A DNA stretch of 64,000 nt, taken from Rhodosorus marinus CCMP1338. Taxonomy: Eukaryota > Plantae > Rhodophyta. The notes beneath the pieces were generated by a model. That model did not search any database. It was given only the letters and a program-made list of their open reading frames with translations, and was not told the DNA's origin. The translations under genes and the position numbers were made by a program. The stretch lies in contig JAMWBK010000001.1 in NCBI GenBank assembly GCA_029953675.1, positions 1,302,001 to 1,366,000 of the forward strand. The letters run 5' to 3'. Every line of letters starts with the position of its first letter. The first letter of the stretch is position 1. This document shows positions 9,524 to 20,539 of the stretch, in pieces.

Positions 9524-10372
9524 ATGGCGGCGAGGGGGAGTGTTGCAGAACATGACGCGCGCTTGAAGGATTTCGCGCTACCGTCAGTGTTCACCGGGGA
9601 TCAGGATTCCTTCCGATCCTTCCGGAATTGGAGACACCAGGTAGAGTGCTACCTGACCGTCAAAGGTCTTAGGGATGTAATCGACAACCCGATAGACGCG
9701 ACGGAAGCGGAGAGACAGTATGTCTCTGCGGTGTTCCCCAGAGTGCTGGATGGGCCGGCGCTGGACACTGCCTTTGCCTCTTCGAGAGAGGCAGCGCCAG
9801 AGCAGGTATCGGCGGCGCTTCGGGCTAGATATGAGCCCTCCTCCCGCGAGACGGCTGACAGCGTATGGGGCAAGGTGTATCGGCGCGAGATGCACACCAA
9901 CGAGTCGTCACGCTCTCTGGTGAACTGGCTACAAACCCAGTTTGCAGAGATCAGGGAGATAGCGGGCGTGGCACCCACGGATGAAGAAAAACGTCGGGTC
10001 CTCCGGAAGACTTTGGAGGTGAGGGGCGACGAGCATGCGGAGTTCCTGTTCTATGCCGCGAAGGACAAAACTCTAGGCTGGACAGATTTCTGTAACGACT
10101 CCGAGGAGCTGGACCGACTTCGAGGGTCCAAGCAAATCAAGTCCAAAACGGATTCCCTCACGCACCACGTCACAACGGTGCTGAAGAAGAAGAAGAAGAA
10201 GACCCCCAGGGGATTTCTGTGTTACGGGTGCAAGAAACCCGGACACATCCGAGCCAGCTGTCCTGAAGAGCAGGACAAGGAGGAAAATAGGTCGGAAACG
10301 CGAAGATTCCGCACCGGAATGATAGAGAACAGAGCTCCAGAGTGGTCCAAAGTGCGAGGGCTGCTAGGGTGA
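9524..10372 (+). CDS. gag: copia-1 Gag (282 aa) with CCHC zinc knuckle
   Basis: FTGDQDSFRSFRNWR N-terminus and CYGCKKPGHIRASC knuckle, directly after the PBS. Confidence 0.85.
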   Translation: MAARGSVAEHDARLKDFALPSVFTGDQDSFRSFRNWRHQVECYLTVKGLRDVIDNPIDATEAERQYVSAVFPRVLDGPALDTAFASSREAAPEQVSAALRARYEPSSRETADSVWGKVYRREMHTNESSRSLVNWLQTQFAEIREIAGVAPTDEEKRRVLRKTLEVRGDEHAEFLFYAAKDKTLGWTDFCNDSEELDRLRGSKQIKSKTDSLTHHVTTVLKKKKKKTPRGFLCYGCKKPGHIRASCPEEQDKEENRSETRRFRTGMIENRAPEWSKVRGLLG

Positions 10373-11340
10373 AGGGAACACAGCATGTTTCAGAAGAGCT
10401 CTTGACAAAGAAGGAGGATTTGTCAAAGTGGGTTGCGGATAAGGAGAAGCAACAACCGATTACCGATCGGAAGTCTAACCTGGAGAATGCCCAGAGGAGA
10501 GACGATGAAGCTGAGGCTTTGCTGGAGAAAGCGGAAAAGGCAATTAGCGAGCTGCAGAGTGAACTTGAGCAGGTTTCTGCGGAGAAGAACCTGAAAGTTG
10601 AGATGCAGTTGGAAGAGTCCTTGGGGAGGGAGACAATCCAGGGTAGAGAGATCGCGAGACGCTTCGGGCGGAGCCGGATGAGAGCCCGGGTAGATTCGAT
10701 GATTGAAAAGCTGAAGTCACTACACAACGATCTTAATCCAGCGAATGCAAAGAAAAGGTCTTTAGAAAGTGATCTGAGAATGGCACAGTTTCGATGTGGG
10801 GGGATAGAACGGGAAAAGATCTCGCGTGAACACGAGCTCGAAAGCTCGAGAAAGGAGCTTGAAAGAGAGCTAGCAAGTGTGCGAGAAGCTTTTAACAGAT
10901 CAGAGAAAGAGAGCAAATCTTGTGAAGGGGAGCTTAACAGGAATAGAGCGAACAACAAGATACACGAAGACATGATTACGCAGCTGGGGTTGGCACTTGA
11001 GAACTCGCGACGGGACAGTGCTCGGAGTACTGAAGAACTGAAACGAGTTCTTCATAGCTTGGAACGCGACGAGAAAACGGAGAGACAGCTGAAGTACGAT
11101 CTGTCAGGATTAACGGAAGAGCTGCGAAGCGTCGAGAAAAGAGTCGATGAACCTGCACGTAGTATTGGCGAGCAGCAGAGCACAGCTGACAATCTTTCGC
11201 AGAGGATTTTGGATCTGGAAAACGCATTGCAGACAGGTAATGATGGGCTTACGCAGTTGGAAGCGGAGTACAAAGATTTGAAGCCGAAGCCTGCGGATCG
11301 GAAGCAGCAGATCCGGAACTACAAGCTAGTAAGCAAGTAG
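10342..11340 (+). CDS. Long predicted coiled-coil ORF inside copia-1 (332 aa, unknown function)
   Basis: E/K/L/R-rich heptad-like composition over ~330 aa. Same frame as the downstream RT remnant, separated by one TAG. Confidence 0.55.
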   Translation: MVQSARAARVKGTQHVSEELLTKKEDLSKWVADKEKQQPITDRKSNLENAQRRDDEAEALLEKAEKAISELQSELEQVSAEKNLKVEMQLEESLGRETIQGREIARRFGRSRMRARVDSMIEKLKSLHNDLNPANAKKRSLESDLRMAQFRCGGIEREKISREHELESSRKELERELASVREAFNRSEKESKSCEGELNRNRANNKIHEDMITQLGLALENSRRDSARSTEELKRVLHSLERDEKTERQLKYDLSGLTEELRSVEKRVDEPARSIGEQQSTADNLSQRILDLENALQTGNDGLTQLEAEYKDLKPKPADRKQQIRNYKLVSK

Positions 11341-11352
11341 GTTCAGAACGAA

Positions 11353-12066
11353 GTGCAGGAATCGAAAGGAAACATCCGAGTCTCCTGCATAGTGAAGCCA
11401 GGGATGCGTGAATACGAAGGGAGTTCAGGCGTTGACAAAGTATTCAACGACCTGGAGGCTAAGTTCGGAGCTCTTGGTGCAGACCTTGAAAGCGAAAAGG
11501 GAAAGGCACAAGCTCCAGAACACGAGAGAGGCGTCGGGGAGAAATCGCTGAGCACGGAAGCCGCTGACTACAAGAAACATGCGGTTTCTTTGGAGACACA
11601 GATGGTTGATGCCGAGGTCGGTGTCGCGAAGGATTTCCTGGGGGTATTAGTCGAGAGGGACAGAGAAGAGCGTGAGATAAACTTGATCCGGGAGGACTAC
11701 ACTAAGAGGGTCGTATCAAAGTTCGTGATGAAGCGCGGTCGCCCCGTAGCAACACCAATGGCCATCGAAGCAAGTACGAAGGGAGCTTCGAAGGTTATGA
11801 CACCAATACCCTGTCAGGAACTAACCGGATCCCTCCTGTACCTGCACCAGAACCCCGATGTAAGTTTTGCAGTCGTTTTGATAGCACGACAAATGGTAGC
11901 AGACCTACTGACGAAGGCCCTAACGAAGGAAAGGACGAGGGTCCTAAGGACTGACCTGGAGTGGGGTGGTAGACCGACCTTCTACTATGGCATGAGACCG
12001 AGGGGGAGTGTTGGAACGGTCACGCGGTCAGCGGTGACCATACGCTCTCAGCATGTAGAAGGATGA
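11353..12066 (+). pseudogene. pol: Remnant of copia RT C-terminus / RNase H end
   Basis: FLGVLVERDR, PVATPM, ELTGSLLYL..PDVSFAV, MVADLLTKAL. Catalytic YVDD, protease and integrase are absent. Confidence 0.8.
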
Positions 12067-12341
12067 TTCGCACATCGTTATGCATACGGTAGGACCGATG
12101 TGAGAACGGTATACGGTAGAAAAACTTTATAGAGGTTCAAACGTTTGAAATAGTTTGAACGGTACAAGGCATGGATTATCACCACAGTATAGTAGGTTAC
12201 TTAAGCGAGATATCGACCCCAAGGGTCAGGGAAACAATGGATGATCCGTTCATTCAGTGGTAGTTGGCCTCTGAATAAACGGATCACCGAAACAACAAAG
12301 AAACCATCGAAGTTTGGCTGACGGGACTTTGGTCTTTGGTC

Positions 12342-12748
12342 GAACGAATGGTTTAATCGGAGGCTGAAAAAAAAAAAACCCGAGGGGAAAAAAAGACTAA
12401 GCGCGGCGAAGTACTCGCGCCTCCAACATCAAAGCGGCATTCATGCGCCACAGCAGGAAACTTAAGCGGGTAAACAACGATTGAAGACGGTCAGGGCGTT
12501 CGCGGAACAACTCCCGAAGCCAGCGAGAACCAACAGAGTCCATGAACCCAAAGCACTCAATGATCAGGGGTACCAAGCGATGTGCTAGTGCCGAAGCACG
12601 AACACCAGGGGAAGACAAAGCCCCCGCGTATTTGATCTCTTTGCGGCGTCTCATGCTGGCGGCGGCAGATCCACGGCGCTCCCCCGCAGCCGGGAGATAA
12701 CGACTAGCTTGAGGGTTAGGAACAGCAAGATCAACGTATGTGGTACGG
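12342..12748 (-). mobile_element. Family B 5'-truncated copy inserted in the copia-1 right LTR
   Basis: Near-identical B 3' end. Removal restores the left-LTR sequence ctttggtc(a)aggttggg. Confidence 0.9.
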
Positions 12749-12829
12749 GCGAGGTTGGGAATCCTCGAAAATCCTAACAAAATCAGTAAACTTGTTATGT
12801 CTCAAGATAGGGAACAGAATTTCTACCTC

Positions 12830-13085
12830 TGTTACGCCATGACGGAACAAGTGAGCCGTCAAGAGTGTAGCCCAAAACAAGGCTAATAATAGATAAGTCT
12901 AGATCTAATAATAGTACTCTAGCAAACCCAGGACATGAACCGGAAGCCTATAAATACGGAAGTTACGACCTTCCGTCTTAGGATTAGAGCTAGAGGAGGG
13001 TATCCAAGATAGATAAAAGACGAAAACAAGAAGGGAATTTCAAATTATTTTGGATCACCGACACGCGTTAATGGAGAACGTGTCA
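12830..13085 (+). mobile_element. Solo LTR related to the adjacent gypsy LTRs
   Basis: TG..CA ends (tgttacg...gtgtca). Shares ctaataatagta.tctagca.acccagg and tataaatacg..agttacgaccttc with 13091-13390. Flanked by ACCTC on both sides. Confidence 0.8.
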
Positions 13086-13573
13086 ACCTCTGTGACGTCC
13101 TGACCTGACATCTGGCTAAACGTATCGGTGAGCTAAAAATAACCAGAATGGGTACAAAAACTGGTAAGGCCAAGATGGCTCGCAGCGGGCAAGATATGGT
13201 ACGGTCTTGGCTAATAATAGTAATCTAGCATACCCAGGTCATGGGTCAGAAGACTATAAATACGAGAGTTACGACCTTCCTTCCTAGAATGAGAGCTAGA
13301 GGGAGCTATCCAAGATAAGAAAAACATAAAAATAGTGGAGGTTTGGGAAAATAACTTGGATCCGGACAGTTGGAAACCTGAATCGTTACATTGGTCTCAT
13401 CGCATGTGTTGCGATTGACGGAACCTGAACCCCGAAACCAGAGGAACTCCTGAAACTTCAGAACCAGAGGAATATCCTATAACACCTTCAAAGACGACGA
13501 CCCAGAAGCAGTTAGCCTATCAACAAACGGCAATTGACCTTTTTAACCAGAGAATCAGAAAACTTGAACGAGA

Positions 13574-14347
13574 ATGGCATCTTTGATAAAGATTCAAGCA
13601 CCGCAGCCTAAGGCATACGATGGCAAGCGGGACGCGCTCGTCATAAGCACCTTCCTGAACAACCTTCGGACTTATTTCAAATTAGCCCGATTGCCCGACA
13701 ACGACGATGACTACAAAATTACTTTGGCGGAGGGTTACCTCACAGGAGACGCCTCCTACTGGTGGTCCCTCATCCCGGACGCGAAAAGACCCCTATACTA
13801 CGCCGGATTTGAGGAAGCGTTAAAATCCCAATTTTACCCGGCTGACGCGAAGATCCGCGCCAAGCAGCAATTGGCACGCGCCGTACAACGCACAACGGTC
13901 GCCGCCTATACAGCGTATTTTAACAAATGCTTGATCCAGGTTGGAGAAATATCAGACTCGGAGAAATTTGATCGCTTCGTGGAAGGGTTGCAACCAGACT
14001 TCAAGAAATATATTTACATTCAAGATATAACCACCTTCGAAGAGGCTCAGGCCCTGGCCCTTAAGATCGAAGGAGCGGACATTGCGAGTTACAGCTCAAA
14101 TTCGCGTAAGGAACAGACGCCCTACGAACAACCAAAACCGGTACCAAGGGCGACTCCTTCTGCGAGCAGACAAACCCGTTCGGGACGTCAATATCCACCA
14201 AGGACGCAAGAGCCCAACCGAAGCAAATATGCGAACATAATCTGTAACTACTGCGGCAAGACGGGCCATACCAAACGCATCTGTTGGGATAATCCTGACC
14301 GAGACATGACGGTCTCGAAATCGGCTCCGCCGCGAAGCAGCAGTTAA
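13574..14347 (+). CDS. gag: Gypsy Gag (257 aa)
   Basis: PKAYDGKRD, YLTGDASYWW, FVEGLQPD and zinc knuckle CNYCGKTGHTKRIC. Confidence 0.9.
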   Translation: MASLIKIQAPQPKAYDGKRDALVISTFLNNLRTYFKLARLPDNDDDYKITLAEGYLTGDASYWWSLIPDAKRPLYYAGFEEALKSQFYPADAKIRAKQQLARAVQRTTVAAYTAYFNKCLIQVGEISDSEKFDRFVEGLQPDFKKYIYIQDITTFEEAQALALKIEGADIASYSSNSRKEQTPYEQPKPVPRATPSASRQTRSGRQYPPRTQEPNRSKYANIICNYCGKTGHTKRICWDNPDRDMTVSKSAPPRSSS

Positions 14348-14416
14348 ACGATACGCAGCAGTAACCGACGCCGCCACTGCTGCAAGAAAAGGCGTCTCGA
14401 TCCAGGGAATAATGAT

Positions 14417-14713
14417 ATGACGGTACCTGGCTTGGTGAATGGTAAGGCCGTTACACTGCTCGTCGATACAGGGAGCAGTCATTCCGTCTTGAGAGGGAGA
14501 CCGAACGTCACTCCAACAATTTCGACTCAACACGGGAAATTGGACACAGCCTACCCGGGCGCGTCAATAGAAATATTGGGCAAGGCCAAAAATGACCTTA
14601 CAACTCGGCGGTCATAGCTTCAATTGGCAACCCTATATTGTGAAGGACGCCGCAAGCCCTGGATACCTAGGAAGAGACTTTCTGAAAAGTCTTAACGCAC
14701 AATTGGATCTCCA
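14417..14713 (+). pseudogene. pol: Gypsy aspartic protease (frameshifted)
   Basis: VNGKAVTLLVDTGSS motif, continuing in another frame as LQLGGHSF..YLGRDFLK. Confidence 0.8.
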
Positions 14714-15259
14714 GAACTTACTATCAGGTATCGGCAAAGGTTGTAGCTTTCCTGCTGAGTATCGCAGTGGCTTCTGTTTCTGGCAGACTTCGCAGGTTCG
14801 TAGGACGTCTTCAATATCCCGCTTTAACGTCGGCCAGTAGTATTTCCGCTTTAGTAGACTGATGGTCTTCGTGATTCCGAAATGACCACCCGTAGGTTCC
14901 GTGTGGTAGCTTTCCAAAAGTTCGGGTACCATGGAGTCTGGTATACAGATTCGGTGATGCCGGTACAGGACGTCGCCCCTTCTGATAAAACCTTGCTCCC
15001 GATACTTCGGAGGACTTTGATAGATCTCCGCAAACTCAGGGTCTTCGAGGTACGCCTGCGACCAGTCCACATCGGTCGTGATAGTGGACTCAACCATCTG
15101 TTGCACGGCATGACGACTTAACGCATCCGCAATATTCTCCTTGCCTTTTTTATACTCTATCGTAAAGGAGAAGGGCAACAGCCGGTTGACGTAACGTGCT
15201 TGCCGTTTGGTGAGTTCCTTCTGAGACCGAAGGAACCTCAGCGGGTGGTGGTCCGTCCG
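14714..15259 (-). pseudogene. pol: Inverted pol segment: RNase H end + integrase HHCC zinc finger
   Basis: VRTDHHPL...YKKGKENIADALSR...YHTEPTGGHFG...YYWP...CEVCQ on the minus strand inside a plus-strand element. Confidence 0.9.
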
Positions 15260-15300
15260 AACAGAAGCCACTGCGATACTCAGCAGGAAAGCTACAACCT

Positions 15301-16407
15301 TTGCCGATACCTGATAGTAAGTTCCAATCCATTTCTATGGATTTCATTACGGCCTTACCGACGACCACCGAAGGCTTTGACGCGATCCTTGTCATTGTCG
15401 ATCGGTTCTCCAAATACGCCCGTTTCCTTCCAACAACGACAACGGCGACTGCACAGACAACCGCGAAGTTATTCATGCGTCATTGGATTAGGTTCGCGGG
15501 GGTACCCGAAAATATTGTTTCGGATCGAGATTCAAAATTCACGGGGCATTTTTGGAAGGAATTAATGAGGCTGATGAAGATCCAGCAGAAACTAAGCACG
15601 GCGTATCATCCGCAAACAGACGGACAAACCGAGCGAACGAACCAGACGTTAGAGACATACCTGAGATGTAATTCAACAACCTCGACCTGGGCGACCGACC
15701 TTCCAATTGCAGAGCTAGCTTACAACTGCCAGGCTTCAGACTCAACGCAATTCTCGCCTTTCGAGTTGCTTTATGGCGCGAATCCGAGATTACCTTTTGA
15801 CATCACAGTTCCCGCCAGCGAAAATCCCTCCCGACCACTACCTGAGGCCGCCACAGTTATGATGCAACAACAACAGGACCAACGGTTGCTCGCAAAAGCT
15901 AACCTACGTTACGCCCAAGAATGTCAACGTCATTACTATGATCGAGGAAAGAAGGAGATCAGCTACGAAGTAGGAAATTATGTCCTTTTATCTACACAGA
16001 ATCTCCAACTTCCAGGTTCAAACGTTTTTCGACCCCGATATATTGGACCTTTTAAGATTCTACGAAAAATCGGAGAAGTCGCTTACAAGTTGGATCTGGG
16101 AGGAAAGCAGGACATTCACGACGTTTTCCACGTATCTCTCTCGCGGAAATTTAATGGACCTGAACCAGGAAGTACTCCTAAGACGACAGCGTTTCTACCC
16201 ACCTATTCACAAAGAGAGATTAAGTCAGTACTTGGGCATCGACTGAATGCTGCGCAGCTGGACGAATATTTCGTTTACTTCCAAGGTGAGACCACCGATG
16301 ACTTGAGATGGTTACCTTACCATCAACTACCTCAGAATCAGAATACTCGGAAGCAAATTAGATACTATGTTAACCTTCATAGAGCAGCCTCTTCAGCAAC
16401 CGGGTAG
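15301..16407 (+). CDS. pol: Gypsy integrase core + GPY/F + chromodomain-like C-terminus
   Basis: SISMDFITALP, VSDRD, YHPQTDGQTERTN, YIGPFKI, VFHVS, IKSVLGHR..YFVYFQG..RWLP. Confidence 0.9.
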   Translation: MPIPDSKFQSISMDFITALPTTTEGFDAILVIVDRFSKYARFLPTTTTATAQTTAKLFMRHWIRFAGVPENIVSDRDSKFTGHFWKELMRLMKIQQKLSTAYHPQTDGQTERTNQTLETYLRCNSTTSTWATDLPIAELAYNCQASDSTQFSPFELLYGANPRLPFDITVPASENPSRPLPEAATVMMQQQQDQRLLAKANLRYAQECQRHYYDRGKKEISYEVGNYVLLSTQNLQLPGSNVFRPRYIGPFKILRKIGEVAYKLDLGGKQDIHDVFHVSLSRKFNGPEPGSTPKTTAFLPTYSQREIKSVLGHRLNAAQLDEYFVYFQGETTDDLRWLPYHQLPQNQNTRKQIRYYVNLHRAASSATG

Positions 16408-16810
16408 CTCTCTCTTTCAGTGGGGAGGAGTGTGACGTCCTGACCTGACATCTGGCTAAACGTGTCGGTGAGCTAAAAATAACCAGAATGGGTACAAAAA
16501 CTGGTAAGGCCAAGATGGCTCGCAGCGGGCAAGATATGGTACGGTCTTGGCTAATAATAGTAATCTAGCATACCCAGGTCATGGGTCAGAAGACTATAAA
16601 TACGAGAGATACGACCTTAATTCCTAGGATGAGAGCTAGAGGGAGGTATCCAAGATAAGAAAAACATAAAAATAGTGGAGGTTTGGGAAAATAACTTGGA
16701 TCCGGACAGTTGGAAACCTGAATCGTTACAACCTCTACCCACGCTATGACAGCCTGTCTAGTTCTGTAGAAGTAATCATGATTCATTTTTATACATCGTA
16801 AATGGCAGCT

Positions 16811-16849
16811 TTTTCACGCCGAGTTCTCACGCCGAGTTCTCACGCCGAA
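16811..16849. repeat. 13-bp tandem repeat x3 (TTCTCACGCCGAG)
   Basis: Read directly from sequence. Confidence 0.85.
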
Positions 16850-16861
16850 TCCTTTGGGAGC

Positions 16862-17575
16862 CATCCCGCAAGCCTCGTGGAGTGGCCGGTTGACCAGTTT
16901 GGTGAGGTTAGGAGGCAAGCGCGCGAGGACCGACTCCCCCGGGTCTAAGGGGGAGAAGCACGATTAGCTCCCCGGGCACAGTTGCGAGGTCGCAGCCAAT
17001 GGACCTGCAGTCTTATGTCCTCAAGGAGGGCGGAGACTGGGGCATCTGGCGCACGCACCTGCGGAGTTGGCTCCGCCGATGGATTTCTTTGGAAGGAGGC
17101 TCCCTATCCCTCCGGAGAAGGATTCCGCCTCTTGTTCTCCCTCGAGGAGAGCTCTCCATGGCTGGGAAAATCCTGGATTTTATTTTCCAGAGTCTGGCGC
17201 GTAATCAACGGGACGTCGCTATGTGGGAATTTTGGGGGGTCTTGCCGCGCCTGATTCTGGCACCCACTCACACATCGGAGCGCAGGTGGCGCGTCCGAGA
17301 ATGACTGGCCATGTTCCTGAAGGGGGAATTTGAGTTGTTGCAGCAGAGCTACTTGGCGTCATCCGAGGCATCCGGCCGGAGGACTCGTGCTGGGCCAGCC
17401 TCGCCTAGGACGACTCAAGTGCAGAAATTGGTGGCGGTTGGCGACCTGAGCCGAGCGGCACGGGTCTTTGAGGGTCAGGTGCCTGAGTCCCCTACCACGA
17501 GAGCCTCCACCAGACCGTGTCGGCGTTCTTCCCCTCGTCCGATGTGGACTTGCTCCCCGAATTCGAGGCATTTTT
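16862..17575 (+). mobile_element. Diverged family A internal fragment (ORF1 end, ORF2 start; pseudogenised)
   Basis: MDLQSYVLKEGGDWGIW homology to 2201 onward, with a stop and frameshifts. No 3' end. Confidence 0.88.
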
Positions 17576-18165
17576 AATAGGGGTAGGCCAGTCGGAATCA
17601 GGAATGACCGGAGCGGAGCGCTCGGGTCGGTTGGAGGCAGGCCCCGCGGTACTGTGCGGATCCGCGGGGACGGGCACCGGGGGGTATGGGGCAGGCGCGG
17701 AGGCGGAGAAGCGCTCCAAATAGGCGATCAGCAGGGGCAGGCGGTGTTCCTGGGAAGCAGTCACAAGAAGACTCGTCAGTTTCGAGCAGATCCCATGGGC
17801 CAACTCGTCAGCGCAGTCCGTGAGGGTGGCCGCGGTACTAAACCCGCCCACGCTGAGCTCCACGCGCGCTGAGAGAACGGCTCCGTCCGCCGGAATGGGT
17901 GGGAAAACCCCAACCATAACGATTGGAAGGTGTGAAAAACCGATTCCCCCACGAAACCCTCAAAAAGAGAACTTGTTCCCAACGTTTGTAACCAAAGAAA
18001 AACCACCACGACCTCCAAGGGGCGCTAGCAACCCCCAGCACGCACCACACCACTTGAAAATGCGGGGGAAAGGCTGCAGAAAGAAGCGCCTCCCACCGAA
18101 GAACACAATTGCGACGCAAAACCACCAAAAGCCAGCGCACCATACACCCTCACGAAACCAAAAAC
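17576..18165 (-). mobile_element. Family B 5' fragment (5' UTR + ORF1 N-terminus)
   Basis: Near-identical to ~57160-57747. Joined directly to the broken A fragment. Confidence 0.9.
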
Positions 18166-18177
18166 CGATCCAACAGG

Positions 18178-18400
18178 CTAAATAAGGGCTTCCGGATTGG
18201 TTGCCAGTCTCTTTGTCGACCTTTGGGAGTCCCAGAGCCGAACCTGTACGGATCCCTTCGGCAAACAGTAGGTGTTTACGTAGAGCTTCAGGGGAGCATT
18301 CCATATGTGCAGATCAGTCATAATCTTCTAACCTTTACAGCACATCTGCTAACACGCCCCTCGAATGATCACCTTGATGTCCAGGCATTTATCACAAATT
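18178..18400. repeat. Unclassified dispersed repeat, left part 'R'
   Basis: Similar to 24660-24880 and, inverted, to 37755-37890. Confidence 0.75.
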
Positions 18401-18614
18401 GAACGAAACAGTTGGATATTTTATCGCAAATACGAACACGAGTTGAGTTTACTGGCACGTGTGAGATACTTTTCTATTTAGAAAGATATTTGACTGGAAC
18501 AAATCTCAGGAAGGGGGGGGATGAGGGTCATGTGTTTGAAGATGCTTCGTAAGTTTTTGACTTCGTCTAGCGTACTCCGCCGAGCACACTCGTCGCTGCC
18601 TTACTTCGGTAACC

Positions 18615-19690
18615 CTGAGGCGAAAAAAAAGACTAAGCGCGGCGAAGATCGCGCGCCTCCAACATCAAAGCAGCATTCATACGCCACAGCAAGAAACTTA
18701 AACGAGTAGACAACGGGTACAGACGGTCAGGGCGTTCGGGGAACAATTCCCGAAGCCAACGAGAACCAACGGAATCCAGTAAACCCCAAGGACTCAATGA
18801 CCAGAGGTACCCGGCAGAAGCACGAATGCCTGGGGAAGCAAGACCCCCGGCATATTTCAACTCTGTGAGACGTCTCATATTGTAGCGTGGCAGCATACAA
18901 TGGTGCCTCATTTTCTACATGAAGTTCTCCTCCTCGGAGATAAAGATCCGGCTCTAAGTACTGGTTGTCAAAAATGCTCCGCGCTCTCCCGGACTATACC
19001 GCACATCCATCCTCGGAGTGTCTCCGCGCACTTCAAAACGGTGAACTAGGAAGATGAGGAATGTGAACTGGATTGGGAAGAAGGTTAAATGGTTTAGGAG
19101 ACCTTGACCAAGCAAGACACAGGGGGGAATTTCACTCCCGGATTCCGGAAAAAGTTAACCAGTACGAAAATACTACCTTTACTTTTTATACGTTTTTTAA
19201 TTCATATACACCAATAATAACGACCTTACATTCATGGGGGAATATGAATGGTGAATCTGCGTAATAAATCTCTTTTATTGGTCATAACTGTTTCATATAA
19301 TTTTATATTTTTGTAGGTCCCAGCAGCTCAAGGGAACCGCTGGCTCTCTCCATTCCTCCAAACTTTCCCGCTTGAATGAATATGTTTAATCGGGTGACTG
19401 AAAGAAAAGCTCTTGAGGGGAAACGCGTTGGAGTACGCGCGGCCGAAGACCGCGCGCCTCCAACTTCAAAGTAGCGTTCAAACGCCACACACAGCAAGAA
19501 ACTTAGACTGGTAAGTAACCGAGGAGAGGCGGTCAGGGCGTTCGCGGAACAGCTCCCGAAGCCAACGAGAAACAACGGAATCCATAAACCCAAAACACTC
19601 AACTCGATCCAGAGGTGCCAGGTGATCAGCGAGAGGCGAAACACGGATGCCAGGGGAAGACAAAGCCCCTGCTAATGCGTGCTTCCGACT
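18615..19690 (-). mobile_element. Two decayed B-like 3' fragments (~18615-18890 and ~19372-19690)
   Basis: LDSVGSRWLRELF and LMLEARDLRRA similarity with stops and frameshifts. Confidence 0.75.
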
Positions 19691-20539
19691 CAAGAACCCA
19701 AGACTAAGGTGGTTAAAAAGCGTTGCAAGCCGGCGGAAGTCAAGCCTCGGTTGGCATGCCGTGACTATACAGTCTGGGCTCAGGTCACTACTAATCAGTA
19801 TTGGGTGTATTTTTGACCAGAGAACGAGGTTTTGGGGGTAAGACTGATTGAAACGGTCTTAATTCATTCGCGTGATCGAGATATTTGAGTGCTTACACGA
19901 GCGCACATTGTGTGCCTGTAGGAGTGCGGAAGGAAAGCAATACCCGGGAGGAGGCTTGTATCCTGTTAAGGTGTTTGGGATCGTGGAGTACAAAACGATA
20001 GCAAGAAGGCCTGGCTGTTCCCTCTCAGATTTGGTTTTTCAAGTTCTGACCTTGGCATGGTCGGTGCCCCTGAGCGCCTTGATAGGCACAGGGGAGAACC
20101 AAATCTCTAAGGACAGCAGTTGAACGTTTTCCGTTCCAAAGGTGTCCCTGGAACCCGGTTGATGGGAAAGTCGAACCAAAGCTATTCACTCTCGCCCCTG
20201 TCTCTGGTGCTCATCGGGGAACTGGAAATCCAGTGCTCCCTTCTCATTTGAAGATTACCTTGTACAGCTTTCTTAAGAGTCTAGTCCATCAGATCAATAT
20301 TCTGACAGGGGATGTAACCTTTCGGGGTACAGTATGGCTAGAGAACAGCCATCTTACCCCTCTGAAGAATTCCCATTAGCATCCTGTCTTCATTGTACTA
20401 AAGAGGATCGATTCTAGTCAAATGGGAGCATATTTATACTCCGGTGCTAGATCATGTTCAACCCTTATCTAGATTAAAATCGTTGAGATTTTAGCCCTCC
20501 TCGAACTAAAAATGTGAAAGAATACGACTTATCTGCCCT

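Larger units (their letters stand above)
9141..12779 (+). mobile_element. Ty1/copia-type LTR retrotransposon, internally deleted (copia-1)
   Basis: LTRs 9141-9439 and 12009-12779 (TG..CA; the right LTR carries two insertions). 5-bp TSD AAATC (9136-9140, 12780-12784). PBS 9440-9451. PPT gagggggag before 12009. Confidence 0.93.
13091..16730 (+). mobile_element. Ty3/gypsy (chromovirus-like) LTR retrotransposon, RT deleted, internal inversion
   Basis: 300-bp near-identical LTRs 13091-13390 and 16431-16730. TSD ACCTC (13086-13090, 16731-16735). PBS 13392-13403. PPT agtggggaggag. Confidence 0.95.

Noticed and set aside
10170-10973. 267-aa minus-strand ORF
   Set aside because: It is the antisense shadow of the purine-rich coiled-coil frame (S/L/F-rich).
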